Below, piece after piece: positions 14,401 through 27,900 of a stretch of DNA of 64,000 nt. Location: assembly GCA_964106645.2 (NCBI GenBank), contig OZ067043.1, one strand, 5' to 3'. The translations under genes and the position numbers were made by a program. The notes under the pieces are model-generated. The model did no database searches and was not told the DNA's origin. It worked only from the letters and a program-made list of their open reading frames with translations. Every line of letters starts with the position of its first letter. Positions within the stretch are counted from its first letter, which is position 1. This DNA comes from Podarcis pityusensis (lineage: Eukaryota).

Positions 14401-16661
14401 CAGCATTCCAAAGACAGGGGACCACCACAAAATATAGTTGCCACTGGAAGATCTCAGTTGCCATTCCCAACCCAAAATGGTGCTGAAGGGACAGCACATT
14501 ACCACTGGGATGTGGAGGAGCCTTTACTTGGTTATCTAATATATTAAATTCTTATATAATATATCCTCCCAACACACTGCTAGCAGTGTAGTTCAGTGGT
14601 TGAATACACTGAGGAGTGCTTCAGCCATTACACATTAATTTCATGGAAGCACTTTCATATAGGAAAAGGCATGAAAATCAGGTGTAGATGGGTGCTGAGG
14701 GCAATACAGGTCTCTTATGTCATTGTATGGGACCATGTTACTGCATAGCCACAACTTTTGAGACTTTCCAATTACACCTCTGTAGTATGTACTGTACAAC
14801 AGATGTTCATGTAGTCACCACTGATTGACACAAGATGGTATGCTTTCTGTTTCCTAAATCCATGTCCTTTCCACATGAGACACATATATCATTTTAAATA
14901 GCTCATGAACCAGAGTTCAGGTCAACTACATTCTCCCTCTCAGTTTCCATTTTCCAACTATAGTAATAGTGACTAACCATACAGGGTAGGTGTGAAGGCA
15001 AACTTAATAAAACCTGTATAACATATTAAGAGCACAGTCCTATACATGTCTACTCAAAAATAAGCAAAGTTGCAATTCTGTATACACTTCACTGAGCTTA
15101 ACAGGACTTAATTCTGAATAGAGATGTATAGAGTTGCACTGCAAGTCCTATTTTAAGTCAATGGGGCTCTGGATTATATTTCAGTTAGAACTACCTTCTC
15201 TGTTCCCCAGTTTTACATTTTTAGTTTGCCTTTATCTTCTTTTTGGAAATTGTATTCATCTGTTGCATGAATACTTTTTGTGCGTTGCCCTAGAATCTTT
15301 TGCGGAAGACCAGTTAAGAAATGCAATCTGAACACAAAACACTTTCCTTTTATTCCTTTGTAGGAAGGGCCTTTGCTACCTCTAGTCTGCCCTCCATCTA
15401 GCTTCCTGATCTGATGTTTACTCAATTTTTGTGCATGCAGCTGTATTATGGGAACTGCAGTCCACCAAAACGTCACTTCCTAACAGAGATAAACAATTTA
15501 TAGTCTGCCCTACACCAAATGAACCCAAGGTGGGTTACAAAAACACCACATGAACAAATGATCACTAAATAGAAAAGAAATAAAACCACAAAATTAACAA
15601 ATAACGAAGTCAACAAAACAAAGAATGTGCAGTGTTGATACTGTCAACGCTATTGCTGCTGTCATGTTGCATTTACAAAATCACTGAAATATCCAGCCTT
15701 TCTTAAAAAAGGAAATAATAAAGAATCATGTTTCATTAAAAGGTTTTTGTAATCCTTTGGGATGAAAGGCAGGCTATATACTGAAAAAATAACAATTATA
15801 ATAATTATAATTTTCTCCTTAATATTTTGTAAACTGAGGCTTCTGACAATTAAGTGGTTATGAATTTTATGATGATGATTTGAATGCCCATGACTCCAAG
15901 GTTTTGGTATACCCCCAATCTGGAGGAAACAGAGTATATATGCAATGTTTATTGTGAGGTCCCTGTCATGTTTAAACAAAAGCGTTTCTGGAGTCCTTGA
16001 GTCTCAGCAAATACCTGATGGTAATAGCCGCTGGAGTCAGTCCTGTTGGAAAGAGAAACTATTTGAAGTATCTGATCTCTTCTGTGGGCACAGACATCCT
16101 TCCTAAACATTATGTTAATTGTAACTATTCCCCTTGTAAAGCTGACAGGGGAGGAAACCTGATGACGGAATTGGTGTCAGAGCTGAGAATAGATCTTGGG
16201 GACTTCCATCCTAGCTTCCATCCTTAAGCGCTTGCCTTGGGACCACACCTCTCTGAGCTGTTCTTTCTAGTAATGAGCACCACAACCTGTAATTTACTTT
16301 AATAAGGTTCTCAGCTGAACATTATGAATTAACAGGTATGATCAGCAGAGACACTCCGCTTCTATAAACCCCACCTCTGCTTAAAGGGCTGCTCTGCAGC
16401 ACTTTGCTACTGAGAAAGTGAATGTGTTAAAGTCAAGCAGAGAGGAAGGTGCAACGTGCAGAATATGCGCCATCAGCCACAAAGCAGGATGGATTGCCAC
16501 ATGGAGAGAAAGGCCCACACCCAACCCTATCAATTACATTTCATTGCTGATTCAGCCTTAGAAAGACAGAGAGGGAGAGTGGAAAGATAATTTCATTATC
16601 AGCCAGAGTGCCACATTCCCTGGGGCCCCATGGCAGCAGTGGACAGGGTGAGACCATGAAG

Positions 16662-17098
16662 CAGGGTCGGATTTAGGCTTGATGAGGCCCTAAACTACTG
16701 AAGGTAATGGGGCCCTTTATATGTCCAGCTGCCCTTTGTCAACAACAAATTGTCGCTGTTTTTTGTGTTGAATATATGCTGTATGGTAATTTATGGGCCT
16801 AATAGGTATCTAAAGCCATTTGCAAATGCAGAATGAAGGCACCCTATATATAGAAATGAGGAAACCAGTGATATTTTAGGGAGCAAGCTAGCAAGCGGGG
16901 CCCATTACCTACATCATAGGAACCTACACAACAAAAAACACTGTTGCTGTATTATGTAGGTTTTATTTTATTTGTTTCTTATCTTATATTTTGGAAATGT
17001 ACATCCAGGGTTTTTTTCCCTTCAATTTTTTTGGGGGCCCCCAAGAGAGTGGGGCCCTAAGCTATAGCTTGTTTAGCTTATACATAAATTCAGCACTG
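16662..17098. mobile_element. hAT-type non-autonomous element, family copy 1
   Basis: cagggtcggatttagg...tacataaattcagcactg, highly similar to the copies at 31623 and 43705. TSD not evident. Confidence 0.8.
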
Positions 17099-17178
17099 GG
17101 TGAGAGGCAAAGTGGACAGAACAATAGATGTGATTATACAACAAGAAACATTTCAACCATGCAGAAGTCAGAGCTTTC

Positions 17179-17209
<31 letters not shown>

Positions 17210-17213
17210 ACAC
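17179..17213. repeat. (CA)n microsatellite
   Basis: Direct reading. Confidence 0.9.
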
Positions 17214-19184
17214 TTCTCCAGGCAGACAAACAAGAGGCCTTATCACTGTTCAAGGACAGCCAGGCAAAAGCACTCAGGAAGAGCGGGGATAACATAAGTG
17301 TGGATGAATATAAAGTTCCCTACCCCTGCATGAAAGGATTAAGTCAGCAAAGGTATACATACACACAGTGTCAAACCATAGGCTGAGACAGCTTCTAGCC
17401 ACTTTTCCTAGCAATGGACATTTGTGTAGAAATTGTAGCACACATTTCTCGCTAATGCAAGAAGAAAAGCTGGGCATATGCTTCTCAAGGTGATACCTGT
17501 TTCTATTTATTTTTGCCTTACTCACTAGCTTGAAGCTGAAATTCTTCAGATACCTGGTTGTCTGGGCTGTCATGATATTAGAGGTTACTGACACCCAAAG
17601 TCTATGACTCTTTTGCCTGGCTTCCTTTCTAGATGGCCAAATTAAGCTTTAAAAAGGGAGCAGATAATCAGGTTAACCTTGAAGTTAACAGTCTGGGTGA
17701 GGTTCCTGCCTGCTACAAATAGCCTCATCATAACATTAATTCAACACATCTTCAAAAAGGTTTCCTCTAAATCGACTGCATAAGAGAAGGAAGTCAACCC
17801 AAGCTGACGGCAATAAACCAGTTGGCATGATGTTTTCAACGCATCTCCAAACTGCAGCTCATCACTTCTTCCATCCATTTTTAGAACCTTTTCTGAAAAG
17901 GTGGCAAATTATAATTTGGATGTCTGTTTGTCGCAGTTGGATCGCATCCAAGGTACACCAAATGGTACATATGAGGTAATATTGCACCAGTCACATGACT
18001 AGTTTAATTCCTGTTGTGTTGGTCACTACATGAGAACCTGTCCCATATATTCCCCAAGTGTTATGTTTATGTTATTGATCAAATTCTTAAAATGCTTATT
18101 AGGGAGTAAGGAGCATTGAATGGAATGGCATTTATGACTGAATAACCATGAATAGGATTGTGCCACATGGCTAGAATCCTGTGCACACTTACCTAGGAAT
18201 AGTCTGCTGTACAGTCTACATCTTCTAAACCAGTTTCATTCTTTGCTTACTAAATTGCACTGGCCTTGTATCATAATGCATGAGAATTATATGTACCATG
18301 TACAGCCCGTATTTCTTATCTCATGGCTGTGCAATCTAGAGGCTCCAAGGTTTTCACAAACTCACAAAAAGGTTCTCTGTGAGCTGCTCTCTTTACCTAT
18401 ACAGCAGTGTAGTCTCTGCCCACACAGACTCTATTCAGGTGGCTCGTCTGCCTTTCTATGTTGCAACAGCTTGCCAAAGGCAGGTTTAGGGTGCCGTGGG
18501 AAAACCAGGCAGCTGCAGTATCCACCAACCTGTCCTCATCTTTCATTCAATGCCCTCACCTGGAGACCAGGTGCCTTAAGAAACTTTGATGCAGCATTGT
18601 ATCCAGTTTTTAAGGATGTGTGAGATGAACTGCATCTAAATCCTTCTAGTAGGAAGTTGTTTGCTTAAAAACTGCATCTATACAAACCTTGCAAAAACAA
18701 AAAAAACCAAGGTGCCAAGAAATGATCTGCTGCAGAAACGTCCCTGTGCAGAAAATGCGCCTATGCAAACAGCAAGGGTGCTTCCAGACTGCCACTATTC
18801 AATCCACATACTGGCAAATTCAAGTTGTGCATTCATAGTGGAATGGGAGGTCTTGCACAACAAACTCACTTTCCCAGAAGATCGGACTTTTTGTAATAAG
18901 AAAAGCAATGGGAAAATGCACTCAAAGGTGTGGGATACCACCTGCTTTGATGCAACATCATGCAACCTCCCTGCAATCAAGGAAAGGAATGTTCATTAAA
19001 TAGCCAAAATCATTTAATCTCTCTGCAAACAAATGGGGTTGAATGCTCAGCAAACATGTCATCTGCTTCAGCTCATCTGGTACTTAAGGAATGGCCAGTA
19101 AAATAACAACAAAGAGATAAGTACAGAATTAAGGTGGTTTTAAGGACTAAATATATGCAACTCACTTTGTGAAACAGTTAGTAT

Positions 19185-19384
19185 AGGGTTGCCATACATC
19201 TTGAATTTCCCAGACATAGCCAGAATAACTTTGGCCAAAAAAGGCTCAACAACTTTTGTGTCCATATCTTCTTCACTTTTTGAAATATGGCAACCCTAAG
19301 CTGGTAGTGAATGCTTAACTAGGCTTGCCATACGTCCAGATTTGTGGGTATCAGGAATTCTACTTTTTGAAATATGACAACCCT
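19185..19384. mobile_element. Two adjacent small MITEs with AGGGTTGCCA-type TIRs (possibly PIF/Harbinger-like)
   Basis: agggttgcca...tggcaaccct (19185-19297) and aggcttgcca...tgacaaccct (19321-19384). Confidence 0.6.
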
Positions 19385-21535
19385 ATGATTAACCCTTTCA
19401 CCTCCCATCATTTTTTGGCTCGAAATCCCCTCCAGCGTCTTCCACCAAGGGGTTAAAAAGGAGACAGAAATGCATTTGAAACTGGAGGTGGGGAGGAAAA
19501 TAGGTGGAAGAAAATGACTCCCATATTGGAGAGGAACTGAACTCCGAAGAAGTCTTTGGGAGTCTGTCTACCCCTATTGCCTTTGCTAGGCTAAATGCAC
19601 CCTTTCCTTTAAATCATTTACAGTGTTAAGCTCTTTGGACAAATCCTCATGAGCAAGACCTGTGCCAAGCAGCTGGCCTGGAATGAGAAGGAGGCTGAAC
19701 ACTGGAGAGACAGGGCACTCCTGTGAACCAAAAGCTATGATACCCGTACTGACACCCGTATGGGCATGTCTGTTCAGCATGTGAGTCAGCTGCAAAAACC
19801 AACTTGAATAACATGACAGAACTCAGCTGGCTTTCTCCAGGTTTTGGTATATCGAGATCATTGACAGTCCACAGATCCTCACGCCATCCCTGCCCAAGGC
19901 AGTAAGAACTGCCAAAGTCCTGCAGGGACTGAAAAGAAGCAAGAGCCCCTGCCACTCTTTGCTCTGCTAGTGCAACCTCAAATTTCAGATTCCAACAGGT
20001 TTGTCCACTTGATATGAGGGCACCACAGAACTGGCTTCAGTCTTATACAGGAAGCTGGGGTCCTGGCTGACTCCAGCTACAAAGCCTGCTGCAGAAAGTG
20101 CCAGAGACCATCGCCCTGGAAGTCCTGCAAGAACTGATCCCTGCTCTTAAGTCAGACCTTTTCCATCTGATCCAGGAAGGGAGAGCCCTGACCAAGTTCA
20201 GTGCTGAAGGCTGCCTCTGTTGCTCCTGGTGCTTAGAGATATGGGTTCCATACACACCATAAATTTAAAGCAGCCCCTGCAAAAAAGAATCCTCAGAACT
20301 GTAGTTTGTTAAGGATGCTGGGAATTGTGAAGAGTTACCTGGGAGGAGTGAACTAGTTTCCAGGGTTCTTGGGGTGGGAAATGTGCTCCAAATTTATGGT
20401 GTGTGCAGACCCCAACAGGGGTATTATTTAGGGGTTATTGTTGGGGTCAAGATTTGGCTTCAGAGATGTATTATTTTTGCTCTTATCTGCATTACGCTCT
20501 TGTATTTTTATTGGTAGACCTTATGATGAATGATCAGTGGATTGTTTAATTTTATTGTAGATTGATTGATAGGAGAAGTTTTCCTTAGTCTGTTGTTCAT
20601 ATGACTGTACTTGTTAGTGCATTCTCTTATTATAATGTTGTTGGTGTTATTAGCTGCTTTGAGCACGATTTATCATGGAAAAGTGGCATACAAATAAACT
20701 ATGATGACGACAATCCCTTTAGAAATAAAAAAGGCCCAAAATCTACTGAAAGCAGAATCAACAAGGAGTTGCAACTGGTGAAATGGGCTGTGGTCTACAA
20801 AAGCTTTTGCCATGATAAATCTGTTAGTCTTTAAAAGATACCAGAAGCATCTTTTGCACAAGGAAAAAGTCTCTTGTGCAAGAGACAGTACAGAAGAACA
20901 TTCCTGTGGCTTGCATTTGTCCAGTTCCACTGAATGCAGAACCATACAACCTTGGAGCGCTTCCACATTGTCCCTATTTTCAGGTGGGATTCAATCAAAT
21001 ACCGGCAAATTCTGGTTGTGTGGTTAAAATTGATTTGGAACTCTTGCGCAAAAAACTTGCCTCGGAAACCTGCCTTTTTGCAGTAAGAGAAAGGATGGGA
21101 AAATAAATGCACTGTAAAGTGTGCGATAACATTTCCTTGATGCAATGTTGTCTAGTCTCCTCGTAAACAAATCAGAATGAATGCTCAATAAACGGCCAGT
21201 ATTGTCTAATCTCCCCGTAAGCAGATCAGAATGAGCGCTAAGTAAACAGGTTGTCTGGAAACAACCTCAGTTAATGTGCGGCTTCGCAAACTAAGCCACC
21301 TTGAGTCAGGAAAACACGACAAAGCCTTCCGGAGACTGACAAAGAAAACTGTCAGGCACAATGGGCAACTGCTGTCACTCTAGTTTCATATCTCATCGTG
21401 GGAGAAGTCAAACAAAGAGGGGGTTCAGGGCATTAGATCAGTGAATGCTCTCAGAGAAGAGTGTAAACAGCCTCCCAAAAATAAAAAGTGGCTTCAGTTA
21501 AATCAATCCACATACTGGTAAATACACACAGCCTA

Positions 21536-22402
21536 CAGTGGTGCCCCGCAAGACGAATGCCTCGCAAGATGAAAAACTCGCTAGACGAAAGGGTTTTCCG
21601 TTTTTTGAGCTGCTTCGCAAGACGAATTTCCCTATGGGCTTGCTTCGCAAGACGAAAAATGAAAACGTCTTGCAAGTTTGTTTCCTTTTTCTTAACACTG
21701 TTAATACAGTTGCGACTTGACTTCGAGGAGCAACTCATAGAACGCGGTGTGGTAGCCTTTTTTGAGGTTTTTGAAGACTTTGGTGATTTTTGAAGCTTTT
21801 CCAAAACGTCTTTTAAACTTTTAAAACTTTTTTTGGGGTTTTTGGATTTTGGGTTGGGGTGTTTGGAATTCAAGGACTTGGTGTTGGGGAGGGGTTTGCA
21901 AGAATCTGGAAGCTTGTGGTTTTTGTTTTTTTTCCTGCATTTTTATGATTTTCTGTGACCATTGGGCCACTCTGCTTTTTTAAAAAAAAATCTCTGGATT
22001 TGAATTTCTGTGTGGTGGGTGGCTGGGGGAACAGTTGAGGAGGGGGTTCTTCAGCAAGAAGCAAATTGTGGAAGAGGAACCTTCTTCGAGTTGTTCCCCA
22101 GAGTCTTAGAAAATGTACTATACACTTTGTTGATTTTTAAATGTTATTCTGTCATGTTTAGAAACTTAATTTATTGTTCCTTCAATTTTTGAAATGCTCT
22201 TTACAGTATGTGTGACTTTAAAGAGCACTTAATAAACTCTTGTTGTACCAAATTTGGCTTTGTTTGGACTTTTTTTGACCATAGGAACGCATTAATTGAA
22301 TTTCAATGCATTCCTATGGGATTTCGTGCTTCGCAAGACGAAAAATTCGCTAGACGAAAAAACTCGTGGAACGAATTAATTTTGTCTTGCGAGGCACCAC
22401 TG
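21536..22402. mobile_element. Tc1/mariner (Tigger-like) non-autonomous element
   Basis: TA-CAGTGGTGCCCCGCAAGACGAA ... TTGTCTTGCGAGGCACCACTG-TA with internal tcgcaagacga repeats. Confidence 0.85.
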
Positions 22403-22873
22403 TACTTGTCCTCTATTTCCCGGTTCAGTAAAATAAATCAAAAATAGAGTCTGTTGAAGGGTCAAGGAGGACCTGCACCTTTGCTAGCTGTTTGAGTATC
22501 CTTAGCCCCGCCCCCTGCCACAATGACTTTGATAGTTTCACTAGGAATGGTGATTGTCATTAAAAGTGTGGGCATATCTCTTTCAGATATAAATAAATAA
22601 GTGAATGTGCCCTGTGCTCTCAGTTCATTAGTATGACCATTTGGTAGGACCCTATTTCACTTATTATTCCTCACATTCCAGTATTATGCATAAACACTGA
22701 ACACAGAGGACAGGACACATTTATTTAGAATCATGGAATTATTTTTTTTAGAGTAGGGACCTTGGAAATCATCTTGTCCAATCGCTTGTCTGTGTAGGAA
22801 TCTTGCCGCGATAACATCCCTGACTGACAGCCAACCAGTCTCTGCTTAAATACGTGCAACAAAGGACAGCCCA

Positions 22874-23283
22874 ACATCAGATATTTAAACATCCCCAGAA
22901 ATGATAGACATTGCAGATGTTCTTTGAATACGCCGGCCACAGTAGAACATATTCTTTTCCACTGTCCATTGTACAACCAGCTACGCAAACATGTGCTATC
23001 CCCTTTTTTGGGTAGTCTAACATCATGGCACAATGAAAATATCAGATTCTATCTGTCTGACATTAATCCGGAAGTAACTGCAAGGGTGGCTGAGTTTTTA
23101 TCAATAGTATCTCTAAGAGTGGTAAGTGGCACTATTTAGCAGGAAGAAACTCCAATGAAAATCCTGGTTATTTCATATTTTTACATGGCTGTTTCTTTGT
23201 ACATATATATGTACATATATATATATGATGTTTTATGATGGCCTACATGACCTAATAAAGGTTTGGTGAAGGAAGGAAGGAAG
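22874..23283 (+). mobile_element. 3' fragment of a non-LTR retrotransposon, inserted in a CR1-like 3' end
   Basis: Encodes RHCRC...VEHILFHCPLY (CCHC-type), has AATAAA and a (GAAG)n tail, and is flanked by the direct repeat gacagccca. Host CR1-like sequence at about 22735-22873 and 23284-23420. Confidence 0.6.
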
Positions 23284-24269
23284 ACAGCCCAGTATCCACC
23301 AAGGCAGTCAGTTCCATTGCCAAACAGCTCTTGCTGTTTCTCCTGAAGTACACCCAAAATCTAGTCCCTTTCCTTTTCCATTCCACTCATTCTAGTCCTA
23401 CCCTCTGAAGCAAGGAAAAACAAGTTAGTTTTACCCCACACTGTCACTGCCAAAATTATTTCAAAATTATTATAACTAAGAGGGTAGGGCTGTGCATGGC
23501 CCTCTGATCCTATTTGGGACCTGATCTGTTACTGATCTGATTTGGGATGGTCCAGGCCCAACCCAGATCTGGGTCCTGAGCTAGATAGGGGGCCTGGCAC
23601 AGTTTTCAACTGATTAAACATGCAGTTGAGTAGGGGAGAAGGAAGTGGCTGAAGCTCAGATGCATCAGTCCCTTCCTTTCACAGCTGCAAAAGCTGATAC
23701 AATGCTTTAGATTTTTCATGACAGACAGGATCCAACCCGGAGCTTCTTCAATCCACTCTGACCAAATCTTGGGTCAACCCAAATCAGCCCGAATTGGTTT
23801 GTGATCCAGCCAGAGAAGTTGCACAGCACCAGTAGAAAATGCTAATCGACCTTGTTAGGAAAGTGGGATTCACATCTACTCTTTCACTATTTCCTAGTTT
23901 GCTTGCAGATAGCTGTTTATTGTGTATTGGGTTCTCCTCAATCCTGCATTCCCCCCCCCCAGTGTCCACACAAAGCCATTGAACTGTCACTATTACCTAA
24001 ATGCCTGGTTTTTTCCCCAAGTGTGCTTCTAGTCATTCTGAAAACTCTAAAATTGCCCTTCCCCATACAATCATGGTTAAAAATGAAAGAGTAAATGTTT
24101 TTGGCCCTAAAAGGAACATTTGAGCAGCATCCTCAGCAATAAACATCCACAATGCCCAAATTGTTACTTGGAGAGAGGAGGTAACAAACAGTTATGCTTG
24201 TTGCTTGTTGCTTGTTGAGGATATAAAGAAAAAATGGTGAAATAATGGGTAGGTGTACATCTATGTTGT

Positions 24270-24397
24270 GTCAGTATAGCTCAGTTGGTAGAACATGACA
24301 CTCTTAATCTCAGGGTTGTGGAGTTGAGCCTCATGTTGGGCAAAAGATTCCTGTGTTGCAGAACACTGGACTACATGACCCTTCCAACTCTATGATT
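24270..24397 (+). mobile_element. tRNA-Lys(CTT)-derived SINE with a CR1-like 3' tail
   Basis: tagctcagttggtagaacatgacactcttaatctcagggttgtgg...gttgggc is a decayed tRNA-Lys-CTT, followed by a cccttccaactctatgatt CR1-type end. Confidence 0.75.
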
Positions 24398-27300
24398 TGC
24401 TGCATTGCTCATGCGAGGTGTAGCTTTCTCTTTATGCCAACTGCATCCATAGCTTTAAGGGAGGTGTAGCAGAGAGGGCGGGGGCAGGGACTAGATTCAG
24501 GAATCTCTGAGTCAGTGACACACACAAGCCCACACCCATCTCCGGTTGGGTAACCTGTGTTTACTTTGCAACTCATCAGACACAAACTAAGGTGGGGATT
24601 AAAGCATTCAATCTCTTTTAGCCCATGCAGCATGTAAAGCATGCAGCAAACATTTAAGGTGGTTGTATAACACAGGCCTAGGGTAACCTCAGTGCTATCT
24701 TGACCCACTGGTACTCCTCAAATTGGGAGGTTCTTCAAGGTATCTCTGTAGAAGTCAGTACATACTTGGGACAGTTCTGCATAATTTTCCCACAGTGGTC
24801 CACAGCAAATCACAGGTGGCCGCTGGCCAGAGCCATTCTCACAGACACCCCCTCCCTTTTATGTGCATGTTTTGCTCTGTTTTGACTGGATAAGGGGTGG
24901 GGGTTTCTTGCTCTGGGTGGGTGTTGGCAACCATTCAAACCACTCAGAGTGAGAGCAGGGATTTGTTTGAGAGTGGGGGCAAAAGGTGTTAAGTTACTCA
25001 AAAGCCATAGAGTGAGTCTGTTGGCACAGAGTGGGACCATTTGTTAATATCCCAGCAGGTGACTGCTTGGCTTTGAATATGTTGGTGATTGGATTTGGGG
25101 ATGTACCTGTAGGCTGGTTGATACAAATGGGTTCTGACAGTTTATTCCCCCAACTCAATCTTGCATATCAAACTGCATTGATACAGTCCATTGTGACTAG
25201 CAGCCATTTTCATAATGGCAGGGTGGTAGAAACTTTTGGCAGCTGTTGAGATGGTGGGATGGTGGTGGGGAGACTGTTGGCCACTGCAGATTGTGTCCAC
25301 ACACAATCCATCTGGAGCAAAAAAATTTTGTACAATGTTCTTCATGAGATGGACTCCAGGGAAGGTGGGAGAAAGCCACATTTCTTATTTGAACTGACCA
25401 TATGGCAAGCTTACCAGCACGTTCTCCAAGGGCGTGGAGGACAACACAAAGATATCGCTCAGGGCAGACTCCCCTCACCTGGTGGTCTTCAGAAGATTTT
25501 TGACTACATTTCCTATTATCCCACATCCTTGGCCATGCTGCCTTGCACTGCCTGGAGTCCAAAACACATGAATAGCAGCAGGCTGAGGAAGGTGAACTCA
25601 GACCATCCAAAATCAAATGAGCTAAAATAATGCCTTATAAGCCATTTACTAAGGGGGCCCAATGTTTTGTTTGTTTCCTGCCCTTCACTCTAAAGTCCTA
25701 GGGCAGGTTACAACTTTAAAACACAATATTAAAAACCATTTAAAACAACTGTCATAGGAGCATAGGAAGGTGTCTTCTCCTGAGTGAGATTCATCTGGCT
25801 CAATACTGTCTACACGGACTGGCAGTGGCTCTCCAGGATTTAAGAGAGGGAACATTCCCAGCCCTGTCTGGAGATTGAACTTTGGATCTTCTCCTTACAA
25901 AGCCAATGCTCTATTGCTGAACTGCAGCCCTTCCCAAAATTGCTCCTACTTCATTGCTTTTGCTATTAAACTAATGCTGAATGTACACGGTTTTTAATCT
26001 ATTCACATGGTTTTCTTTCTTTCAGGGTTGACATTGCATACCCTAACTGAGGCTTCTTGATCCAATAGAGACAGAACCACCCCACACTTCTTGTTTTTGC
26101 AGTTATTGTTGGGCCAATTGGTCCATCCCCCTCAAACTTATTTTAGAATGACATTTGTCACAGAGATGGAACTCGGGAAAATGCTGCACCCCACTGGAAT
26201 CTGCTGTCTGAAATGACAGCTTCTCATGCCTTGTGTAACAAGGCCTATCTTGTCTTGATTAAACAATATTTAGGTTTCTGCATGTTTATTTCGTAACCCA
26301 AAGGACACCCACAGCCCAGAAAAAGGAAGCGTGCACAGACGGGAAACAAGAACAGCAGCAGAGAACAGGAAGAAGAGCAACAGATAAATCCTGAGGGTGC
26401 AATATTATCATTATTGTTCAGTCTTTGCCCACCACATGGGAATTCCTGGACACAGAGCTCTGAGATTCTGCAAAGTGTCCTATAAGATCAGATACCAGTA
26501 AGAAGCTTATTCCTAACTTTAGCACCTAGAAGAGCTCCAGTGTTGGCAGATACTGCCTCAGACTTGGAGCACAACTTGTTAATTAAACACTGTGTAACTC
26601 CCCCCCCCCCACAGCAAAGAAGTGACTCATTCTTTGAACTAGAAGCAAGCCAAAGGGCAACGCTTCACATTTCATTTCATCCCAGAGAATTTGATTCTCC
26701 CTTATTATTACTTAGGTCTCCCTTTCATCTGAAATGTCACAGTCCCGGACACTGCAACAAAGTCAGTGCCACTGCCTAGCGTGAACCATACACAGCTACA
26801 AGTTTCGCAACACTGGTGGCCTCCAAAGGCACCATCTATGAAGAACTCGGCTGCGCACCCTCCATTTGTTCCAACAGCTCTTGTGTGGGATTTCTGACGC
26901 TCAGCCTGTTCAGACACTATTCAGAGTTGGCACCCACCCATCTGAGCCTCCAGTTTGTTGTTCCACAATTACAAACTTCAAGAGAATAAATACAATATGC
27001 CGAATAAACACATCTGCTGCTGTCAACACCAGAGAGACCTACCAGATATCCCCGTAAAAGCTCCCTTTGGGTTTCAGTCAATGCTAACTCTAATCTCCCG
27101 CACAAAAATATGTCAGAGATTTATTTACAACTGTCTGGTGGATCTGCTACTTGTCTTACGCTCCATTACACCCATATTCCTGCTCTACAGGAGACTTGCT
27201 GAAATCTGCACATTCTTCTTGGGTTGTTTTTTTTTTTTTTAAGAGAGTGGATCACAGGCTGCTAATTTAGTTTTGCAGGTTCCAACAAGTTTCTCCGTAA

Positions 27301-27556
27301 TCCAGTCATTCCTACCAAAGGCTGTTGTTTTCCGACTGCACGGCTTATTAATAAAGCTTTCTCAAGGCCCCGATGGAAGTATCCAGAGCAACATCAAAAC
27401 TGCGCACCCCACCTCTGAGTGTGCCGGTAGCCCCCCACAGTTGAACATCCTACAAGCTGAAGCCTGATTTGGGGGTGGGGTGGATAGTGGAAGGGCAAAC
27501 AGGCTCCTCCGAGTCCTCTCCCTGAAAGCTCAAAACAAAAGAGAAGCCATACTGAC

Positions 27557-27704
27557 CAGTTCTTGCCAGGTTGTCAGTGGTGACCTCCTGTGTGAAGATC
27601 CAAGGGGGGTTGGTGACGTAGAGGGAAGTGGTGGAATTGTTGCTAGCATGTTTTTTCCCGAAGAGCCTGCTAATAGTCCCCTGCACAGAGTGATTCTTCT
27701 TCAT
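27557..27704 (-). CDS. C6orf132: C6orf132 ortholog, first coding exon (MKKNHSVQGTISRLFGKKH...NPPWIFTQEVTTDNLART-G)
   Basis: Translation resembles the recalled N-terminus of human C6orf132 (MKKKQTVQGTFSKLFGKKH...TSLYATNPPWIFTQE). ATG at 27704-27702. Phase-1 GT donor (G|GTCAGT) after 27557. Position next to GUCA1ANB/GUCA1A matches human synteny. Confidence 0.9.
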
Positions 27705-27789
27705 CCTGACTGCTGCCTTCTCCGGCGTGTCTACAAACGCTCCCTCTAGCAAAACATATTTCCACTTTGCTCAGCTACCACCCAGCACA

Positions 27790-27900
27790 CAGAGCTCCAG
27801 CAGGTGCTCGTCTGCTGAGCTAACTTTTCAGCTTCTTTAAAAGCTAAGCCACCTGAGCAGGTAGAGAGGGCTGGCTGCTCTCACCTGGCCACACCCCGTA
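27790..27900 (-). promoter_or_regulatory. Putative C6orf132 proximal promoter with clustered E2-boxes and a KLF site
   Basis: CAGGTG at 27801, CACCTG at 27850 and 27882, CAGGTA at 27858, CCACACCC at 27889, all 100-190 bp upstream of the ATG. Confidence 0.45.

Noticed and set aside
21451-21873. Lys-rich 140-aa ORF
   Set aside because: It is the antisense translation of the T-rich interior of a Tigger-like element.
21536-22402. CRISPR-like repeated 'tcgcaagacga' units
   Set aside because: The context is eukaryotic, and these are irregularly spaced subterminal repeats of a DNA transposon with no repeat-spacer periodicity.
24270-24341. Functional tRNA-Lys gene
   Set aside because: The T-loop/B-box is degenerate (gagttgagcc), the stems are mismatched, and it is fused to a CR1-like tail, so it is a SINE.
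27450-27752. Full 100-aa ORF as a single-exon gene
   Set aside because: The start is non-ATG, similarity begins at Met 27704, and sequence after 27557 is intron.
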